From: a candidate division WOR-3 bacterium
GTDB taxonomy: Bacteria; Hydrothermota; Tepidihabitantia; Tepidihabitantales; DTDR01
Assembly (NCBI GenBank): GCA_039801885.1
Contig: JBDRVN010000045.1
Location: 1 to 14,019 of the forward strand
Reading direction: 5' to 3'
DNA: 14,019 nucleotides
Part shown: in pieces, positions 8,101 to 14,019 of the stretch
How the letters are laid out: every line of letters begins with the position of its first letter
Position numbering within the stretch: position 1 is the stretch's first letter
Made by a program: the position numbers and the translations under genes
Notes under the pieces: generated by a model
Database searches by the model: none
Told to the model about the DNA's origin: nothing
The model's input: only the letters and a program-made list of their open reading frames with translations

Positions 8101-9501
8101 TTATAATCCAAATAATCCTCTAAATATAGCAAATGGGTCAAATGGCAAAGTTGGTGGATTATAACTTATATGGAAACCATAATTGAGATCACCATCGTAG
8201 CCAACTTTACCACCCAATTTTAGGTCAGCCAAGAGGAAGAATTCTAAAATTCCCTTTCCTTCTGGTTTTATTCCTTCTTTAGTAATTTTTCCTTTGCCTT
8301 CTAAACCAAAAGATAACATATAGAAGTTAAACTTCTTAATCAAGCCAAAACCAAACTCTTTAATTTCCAGGCTATCTGTTTCTTTTTCTGGCCCAAGCAT
8401 TAAATTAAAATTAGTAAAGAATTGGGGAAAATAAAAATATCTGCCAATATTGTAAGCAAACTCTAAATCAACTCCAAATTTTTCTTTGAGGACTACAAAA
8501 CGAAGGAGAATATCTATTGGCAATCTTGGTCTTTCTAATAAGGTCATTCCCGCTTCACTTTTTCCTAAATATCTTTTGGCAATTGAATAGTTATTTCTAT
8601 CAACTTTATTATTACCAACCTTGCTTACTAAACAATAGCCAACATTCTTTGGTCTTTTTATTCCCTGCTCATCTTCATAAAATTCAACAATGTTAAACTT
8701 ATCATCAACCTTTATCCCTTCTTTGTTTCCTAAATGAAAGGTTATTTCATTCTTGTAAGTGGAAATAATATCACTTGATAATCTAAAATCAGGTATCTCT
8801 TTTGTTAAGACTTCTAAGTTTTTCAAGAAGGCACTCATTGCCGAATATTGGGCATATTCTTCGGCAGAAATAATTCTACCTCCCCAAAGGTATGTGCTTT
8901 TTATAACACCAGAACCAAAAACCGATGTTGATTTCTTTATAATCGGAATAACCTTTGGTGGTGAAAAACGCATTGAGATATGATACCAGATTAAGCCACC
9001 ATTTAACTTAACAGTTATTAAATCTTTTTCTCTTGTTAAAGAATATCCATTTATAAAAGGAACAAAGATATAAGCAGCATTTAAAACCCTCTCAATATCA
9101 TCAGCAGTGACACCAATCTCTTTTGCCTTGGTAGTTAAAAAATTTATCCTTTCTTCACTTGTGACGAACTCTCTTGCCCTAATTTCTTTTGCGGCATCCA
9201 AAATTTTTATAATCTCAGGAACAAACTCTTTTTCTAAGATATTGCTTATTCTTTCCAAGTCTAAAAAATCAAACTTTTCCATTTGATAACTTACCTTCTC
9301 TTGGAGATATTTAGGAATTGGATTATAATCAAACCTTTCTAAAAAGATTGTTTTTTTCAAATGAGAAAATAAGGTATCAAGAAAATTTTTGGGGATAGCT
9401 AAATTTCTTTGGATAATAAACCCTTCGTAGTAACTGATGGATTTTCGAAGATAAGTGGTGGTAGTTTCACCATAATTTAAAGAAAGAGAGATAAAGTTTT
9501 T
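8101..9501 (-). CDS. Envelope protein with FlgT_C-like domain and C-terminal amphipathic beta-strand (barrel-like) region; 5' end uncertain or frameshifted
   Basis: The 419-aa ORF from TTG 9360 has no SD or signal peptide. The frame stays open 47 more codons to 9501 with no ATG/GTG/TTG. Motif ITFHLGNKEGIKVDDKFNIV; C-terminal strands FGVDLEFAYNI, LGGKVGY, YGFHISY. Confidence 0.65.
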   Translation of the reverse strand, partial: KNFISLSLNYGETTTTYLRKSISYYEGFIIQRNLAIPKNFLDTLFSHLKKTIFLERFDYNPIPKYLQEKVSYQMEKFDFLDLERISNILEKEFVPEIIKILDAAKEIRAREFVTSEERINFLTTKAKEIGVTADDIERVLNAAYIFVPFINGYSLTREKDLITVKLNGGLIWYHISMRFSPPKVIPIIKKSTSVFGSGVIKSTYLWGGRIISAEEYAQYSAMSAFLKNLEVLTKEIPDFRLSSDIISTYKNEITFHLGNKEGIKVDDKFNIVEFYEDEQGIKRPKNVGYCLVSKVGNNKVDRNNYSIAKRYLGKSEAGMTLLERPRLPIDILLRFVVLKEKFGVDLEFAYNIGRYFYFPQFFTNFNLMLGPEKETDSLEIKEFGFGLIKKFNFYMLSFGLEGKGKITKEGIKPEGKGILEFFLLADLKLGGKVGYDGDLNYGFHISYNPPTLPFDPFAIFRGLFGL

Positions 9502-9557
9502 TTAGAAAATTTGGGAATGAAGATAATATTTAACATTATTATAAAATTTTATAGTTT

Positions 9558-9586
9558 ATTGTAAATATGTTTTTTTAAAAAATCAA
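9558..9586 (-). promoter_or_regulatory. Sigma70-type promoter for the three-gene envelope unit
   Basis: Minus strand TTGATT (9586-9581), 17 bp, TACAAT (9563-9558). An overlapping alternative TTTACA (9565-9560)-16-TATAAT (9543-9538) also exists. Confidence 0.55.
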
Positions 9587-9652
9587 CAATAAAAATATTG
9601 AAAACAGCAAAATTAGTTTATCTCTTAGAAGAATCAGATAATTGAAGGAAGA

Positions 9653-10918
9653 TTAAAATTTTATAACTTTTCTAAATCTATTTTTATCCTTTACAAAGTA
9701 AATACCTGTTCTTATTTTATTAATTTTATTAATATTAACCAGTCTACCTTCTTTATCATAAATTAAATTTTGGTTATATAAATTTTTAGTAATGGTAATT
9801 GGTTTTTCTTTCTCTTCTTTAATACCAATTGGATAACCAAAATTATGATACATTACTTTATAAGGAGCGGTATCGCCTTCAGTCCAAACCAAATTGGCAC
9901 CATAAAAACTTGGATATCTTACCTTTTCATTTCTTGGTAAACTGCCAGAATAATACCAGCCAGTCATAAAATAATAAAAATGTAGGTAGATATCCCTTTC
10001 TCCTTCCATCCAGGCAAGATAACTCCAAACACCGCCAATTGTTGAAAGGGTTGGGTAAGTAGAAGAATCAGGTGTTGGATAACCACCACCATTTCCGCCA
10101 AGAAAACGGCAATCAGGAATTCCATTACCGATATGATAATCCTCAAAGCCAATTGAAAATCCTTCGTCATTATTAGTAAAATCACAAGTAGGATGGGCTA
10201 ATAGTTCTTCGGAGCCAAAGATAGTAAAAGGTTGGCGCCAGGTATCATTTTCTAAATAACGGCACATAATTCGGTAAGGATAAGGAACTTCGGAAGAATA
10301 AGCCTGCCAAAAGACATAAATTCTATTATTATCAAAAATACCAATTGTTGGATTAGTATGGTCAAAAAGTCCCAAACTATCAAAATTGGTAATTTGAAAG
10401 GTATCGCTTAAAGATTGAAAATTCCATTTCCGATAATAAATCCTTGATTTACCAAAAGAAGAATCAGCAAAAACAATATGAACATTTCCCAGAGATGTCT
10501 GGTTATCAACTGTTAAGGAAGGTGAATAGGATTTTCCTGGTGTCTCGCTAACATTAATCGGCAGCATTCTGATATCTAAACAATAATAAAAGATTTCTGA
10601 GTTATTAAAAGTATCTTTTTCCCATACTAAATTCCGATAGCGATTTGGTGAAAGATAAATTCCTGGATTTCTTGCGCGAGAAGAAGAAACAAATTGGCTT
10701 ACTTCCCAATTATTACCAAAATTTGTGCTTTTTCCATAATAGATACCATCACTTTTTAAGAAAACTACGTGCAAAATAGAATCCCATAAAAAGGGGGTAG
10801 AGAAAATTTTTGGGCTATTATTCCCTTTTGTCGCATAAGGGACATCAGTGTAATCAACAATGCTATAAGAGAATAAATAACCAATCAGAAATACAAAATA
10901 AAACATTTTTTTTACCAT
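9653..10918 (-). CDS. Secreted protein, 421 aa, Asp-box/BNR (probable beta-propeller) with short T9SS-like CTD
   Basis: SD GGAGG 10923-10927; signal peptide MVKKMFYFVFLIGYLFS; Asp-box-like KSTNFGNNW; repeated blades LHVVF / RNLVWE / VHIVFAD / IYVFWQ / YLAWME / NLVWTE; tail GIKEE...IYDKEGRLV...TGIYFVK...RKVIKF. Confidence 0.75.
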   Translation of the reverse strand: MVKKMFYFVFLIGYLFSYSIVDYTDVPYATKGNNSPKIFSTPFLWDSILHVVFLKSDGIYYGKSTNFGNNWEVSQFVSSSRARNPGIYLSPNRYRNLVWEKDTFNNSEIFYYCLDIRMLPINVSETPGKSYSPSLTVDNQTSLGNVHIVFADSSFGKSRIYYRKWNFQSLSDTFQITNFDSLGLFDHTNPTIGIFDNNRIYVFWQAYSSEVPYPYRIMCRYLENDTWRQPFTIFGSEELLAHPTCDFTNNDEGFSIGFEDYHIGNGIPDCRFLGGNGGGYPTPDSSTYPTLSTIGGVWSYLAWMEGERDIYLHFYYFMTGWYYSGSLPRNEKVRYPSFYGANLVWTEGDTAPYKVMYHNFGYPIGIKEEKEKPITITKNLYNQNLIYDKEGRLVNINKINKIRTGIYFVKDKNRFRKVIKF

Positions 10919-10946
10919 AATACCTCCCTTTCAATTTTTACAAGGG

Positions 10947-10975
10947 ATTATAAATTAATTTCTTATAAAAGTCAA
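10947..10975 (-). promoter_or_regulatory. Near-consensus sigma70 promoter
   Basis: Minus strand TTGACT (10975-10970), 17 bp, TATAAT (10952-10947), within a 64-bp intergenic gap. Confidence 0.8.
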
Positions 10976-10982
10976 TATTATA

Positions 10983-12182
10983 TTACATATTCCAATAGTC
11001 GTCAAAGATTTCGCCACCAATTCCATTACCATTGGCATCCAATTTTCTTCCATTTTTGGAAAGGCAATCGCGGGAAATAAAAATCTTAATTCTTCCTTCA
11101 ACCGGTCGAAGGAAATAATAATAAAGGGTAGTTTTATTATTTTCGGTTAGAATAACTATTCTTCCGGGGTTATAGCCTTGGAAGTCAAAGCCTTTTACTC
11201 TCTCTTCGGAAAGGGAATTTTCATCCATCAGGGTTGAAAATCTAACCACAAAGTTATCGTTTTCTCTTATTACCTGTTCAACAGTCGGTGGTGCGATTGT
11301 ATCTAATAGAAAATAGGAAGAAAAATCAGGTTCTTCTACTTCTGGACCGTCATTATCACTATCTAATTTTAAAATATAGTTTGGACATCCCTTAACACTT
11401 TCGGCTTTTATCTCATTGGCAATAAGTTTAAAGGTATAAATTTTTCCCCATATTAAAGATTCCCGAGGTGAAAAAGATAACCATCTTGGATTTTTATTAA
11501 TATTAACAGGAAGAGATGTGCCATCTTCACTCAGTAATTTTATTGTAGTTATATTCAGTGTTGAAGTATCAATATTTTTACTGAAAGATATTGAGATTTG
11601 AGGTAGGGGATTAGTAATTCTTTGGGTATCAGGAGAAAGAGAAGTTATTTTTGGTGGCAATATATCAACACAACTATCCGGCAAAGAGCCGCTTGTCCAG
11701 AAGGTTAATAGGAAATCATCATAAGGAGCACCGTCTTCTTGGTTATCTGCATCACCATCTAAGGGCTTGCCAAATTTATTCTTTATCTTATCTGCTTTTA
11801 AAGATAAAAGAAATGCCGAAGAACCTGACCAATTATCTGATTTTATGTATAAACTGCGAGCCGCATTATTGTAAAATATTGTATCCGGTGAGAAAGTTGA
11901 AAGGGTTGTTGTATTAAGAATAGTAATAGCATCTCTATTTATCGTTGTTTCATCCATATAATCGGAAAAAGTGATAATGACTACTGCTTGAATTCCTGCG
12001 GTATTTTGGTCTTCGTCGTAAAGACAGGAGCGGTTTTCCGGATAAGTAGCAATAACTTTTGGTAGATTACCGGCACCGGTTTCTTTTGGCAAATCAGTAT
12101 CAACCTCAAAAGGATTTTTCTCTTTACAAGAGATAAAAAATAGAAAGTAAGAAATTAAAAAAAATAAAATAATTCTTTTCAT
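10983..12182 (-). CDS. Lipoprotein with three Ig-like (Big_5/SbsA-type) repeats, 399 aa
   Basis: SD GGAGG 12188-12192; lipobox FFISC; repeats PKVIATYP..IITFSDYMDETTI, PKITSLSP..ISISFSKNIDTSTL, PTVEQV..VVRFSTLMDENSL, each ending in an LDxD/NxD/NG-type loop. Confidence 0.8.
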   Translation of the reverse strand: MKRIILFFLISYFLFFISCKEKNPFEVDTDLPKETGAGNLPKVIATYPENRSCLYDEDQNTAGIQAVVIITFSDYMDETTINRDAITILNTTTLSTFSPDTIFYNNAARSLYIKSDNWSGSSAFLLSLKADKIKNKFGKPLDGDADNQEDGAPYDDFLLTFWTSGSLPDSCVDILPPKITSLSPDTQRITNPLPQISISFSKNIDTSTLNITTIKLLSEDGTSLPVNINKNPRWLSFSPRESLIWGKIYTFKLIANEIKAESVKGCPNYILKLDSDNDGPEVEEPDFSSYFLLDTIAPPTVEQVIRENDNFVVRFSTLMDENSLSEERVKGFDFQGYNPGRIVILTENNKTTLYYYFLRPVEGRIKIFISRDCLSKNGRKLDANGNGIGGEIFDDYWNM

Positions 12183-12191
12183 TTTTTCCTC

Positions 12192-13856
12192 CTAAAATTT
12201 AAATACAATAGAAATTTTCCAATTTGCTAAATTTAACAATTCTCCAAAACCAGTAAGGTCAATAGAGATAAACTCTTTTGGCGTTATTCCAATACCATAA
12301 GTAAAGGTAGTAGAATTAATAATCTCCTTAAAATCTTCCTTTGTTCCTTCTTTCTCTCGAGTCCATTCCACAGTTTCTCTTTTTGTTCCGTCACCATAAG
12401 TTATTATTTTCTTTCTTGGCTTAAAGGAAGTCATTTTTTCAACGGTTGTTTTATCTTGTTTCTGCCAGGTATAACGAGAACCCATCCGTAAGATAAACCA
12501 ATTTATTGGTTTATATTCAAAACCAATTGGAATCGTAAAGCCAAAATTAATGCCTGTTTTCTTATTAGAAAAGCCGTATTCGGAATAGGCTTCTACCGAA
12601 CTATCTTGGCGATTAGATTGGTTATCCTGATTATCAAAAGAACTAAAACTGAATTGAGAAGCAATAGAACCAGTAGAATCAACAGAACTTTTATAAAACA
12701 ATTCACACCCAAAACCAAAGGAGAATTTTTCTGCGGGAAAGAATAGTTGATGGGTAGCGATCTTTATTAAATTTTCTTTTCTTTTTCCCTTCTTTTCTTC
12801 AATTAGGCTATCCTTTCTGAAGAAAATTCCAGGAGCAAGAGATGTGTAGGAAGTCTCTTCTTCTTTTACAAATCCTTCATCTAATTTGGAATTTGCGAAA
12901 CTAAAAGTTAAGAAATACCTTCCTTCATAGCCAACAACCTCTTTTTCTCTTTCATAAGAATGGAAAAGATAAAAATCTATGGGAATTCTTAAACCTTTAT
13001 AAGGTAAAGAAGAGTTAGAAAGATAAAAGCTACGGTCAAAATCTGTTTGAGAGCGAACTTCAGTCCATTCTCCTGATAAATTATTACTTTCCTCAAAATT
13101 AGTTGCTTCCATTCCCAATAAAAGTCCCAATTTAAACATCCCTAATTCCTTAGAAGAACTTAAAAGAAAACGATGAGAAAGATTATTATTTGTTGATTTC
13201 CCTGAGAATTTAATAGTTTCACCAAAGGTGAATTGATTATTTATTATTGAATAATCGGTTTGAAACCATTGGTAATTGTATTCAGGAGTCAAGATTGAAG
13301 ATTTTATTCCTGTTTGGAAATAGCCAATTCCCAAAGAGAGAGAACCGAATTTTTTAGCCAGACCAATATAAAAGTCGTTTCTCTTTTCTTCTCTTTCTGC
13401 TTTCTCTTCTCTTTCTCTAACAATTTTGTAGTCGTAAGAGCCATTATTATCAATATCTTGCCATTCGGTTACTACCTCTTTTCCTTCTCCGTAGATAGGA
13501 TTTCCTTCTCTATCTTTTAAATTGGTCATAAGTGGTTCTTTTAAAGAATAGAAATCATAAACCAATGCGGGATAAATAAAATTTAGATAATCAGTTGAGA
13601 CACCGATAAGAAAAGTATTTTCTGAATAATTGGCAACTATTTTTTCTTCTTGGGTGATAAGATTAGAGAGATTGGTAAAAATTCTTGTTCCTTTTACCCA
13701 AGGGATTCTTGCTGGGTCAAGGATAAGGTCGAAATCATCATAGAACAAGAAAGCAGTTGCCCGATAACGAAAGGAGTAAGGAGTATAACCAAAATTTATT
13801 GATATTATTCCCAAAATTAATAGAATAAAAAGTTTTATAAAATAATTTATATTCAT
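12192..13856 (-). CDS. Outer-membrane beta-barrel protein, 554 aa, unknown function
   Basis: Start re-called to ATG 13856 (SD GGAGG 13861-13865; the ATG at 13886 is an alternative). Signal peptide, many alternating-hydrophobic strands (FYIGLAKK, LSLGIGYF, FSFGFGCE, IPIGFEY, FTYGIGI), and BAM beta-signal-like end WKISIVFKF. Confidence 0.78.
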   Translation of the reverse strand: MNINYFIKLFILLILGIISINFGYTPYSFRYRATAFLFYDDFDLILDPARIPWVKGTRIFTNLSNLITQEEKIVANYSENTFLIGVSTDYLNFIYPALVYDFYSLKEPLMTNLKDREGNPIYGEGKEVVTEWQDIDNNGSYDYKIVREREEKAEREEKRNDFYIGLAKKFGSLSLGIGYFQTGIKSSILTPEYNYQWFQTDYSIINNQFTFGETIKFSGKSTNNNLSHRFLLSSSKELGMFKLGLLLGMEATNFEESNNLSGEWTEVRSQTDFDRSFYLSNSSLPYKGLRIPIDFYLFHSYEREKEVVGYEGRYFLTFSFANSKLDEGFVKEEETSYTSLAPGIFFRKDSLIEEKKGKRKENLIKIATHQLFFPAEKFSFGFGCELFYKSSVDSTGSIASQFSFSSFDNQDNQSNRQDSSVEAYSEYGFSNKKTGINFGFTIPIGFEYKPINWFILRMGSRYTWQKQDKTTVEKMTSFKPRKKIITYGDGTKRETVEWTREKEGTKEDFKEIINSTTFTYGIGITPKEFISIDLTGFGELLNLANWKISIVFKF

Positions 13857-13894
13857 ATATCCTCCTTTTAAGTTTTTATTTATCATAACTTTAA

Positions 13895-13923
13895 ATCATA
13901 CATAATAAAATCTTTCAAGTCAA
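13895..13923 (-). promoter_or_regulatory. Sigma70-type promoter for the barrel-lipoprotein unit
   Basis: Minus strand TTGACT (13923-13918), 17 bp, TATGAT (13900-13895). Confidence 0.7.
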
Positions 13924-14019
13924 TAAGAAAAAGAGTGAAGTTATATTATATCTTTAATATTATTTTTTCTTTTAATTACTTTCTAATGATTTTATTACAA
14001 AAATAAATACTATAAAACT

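Noticed and set aside
9618..9641. TTATCT-N12-AGATAA inverted repeat in the intergenic region
   Set aside because: 6-bp AT-rich arms are expected by chance; cannot be assigned as terminator or operator.
1241..13520. Short alternative ORFs in the track (1241-1441, 1356-1538, 1630-1836, 1755-2039, 1903-2088, 3647-3877, 5850-6230, 6768-6950, 7070-7498, 7920-8123, 8759-8983, 9964-10185, 11651-11917, 13314-13520)
   Set aside because: All overlap well-supported genes antisense or out of frame and show no recognisable motifs; treated as shadow ORFs.
1..14019. CRISPR array, IS/prophage, rRNA or stop-codon recoding
   Set aside because: No regularly spaced repeats, transposase/integrase motifs or rRNA-like stretch seen; TAA, TAG and TGA all end genes at sensible positions.

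Overview
Low-GC (roughly 30% by eye), gene-dense bacterial chromosome segment. The K/E/I-rich proteins, outer-membrane barrel and lipoprotein genes, and two type IX secretion (T9SS)-like C-terminal domains suggest a diderm, probably thermophilic FCB-related organism such as candidate division WOR-3; this is inference only. The left arm (+ strand) holds the end of a T9SS-CTD protein, tRNA-Lys(UUU), a GT4 glycosyltransferase, an ABC ATPase with no adjacent permease, an HtrA protease, purB, an acyl-CoA dehydrogenase and a 61-aa Sm/Hfq-like protein. The right arm (- strand) holds only uncharacterised envelope genes in three predicted units: (i) OM beta-barrel plus a triple Ig-like lipoprotein with DxDxDG-type loops, (ii) a secreted Asp-box protein with a short CTD, (iii) an FlgT_C-like/beta-barrel protein, a DUF5671-like membrane protein and a DUF6175-like lipoprotein. 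The most notable signals are the unit (iii) candidate envelope complex, a frame break at an A7 tract in its first gene, an exact 23-bp direct repeat bracketing its middle gene, leaderless or near-leaderless promoters for htrA and the tRNA, and consistently short SD-ATG spacing. No mobile element or CRISPR array was seen.
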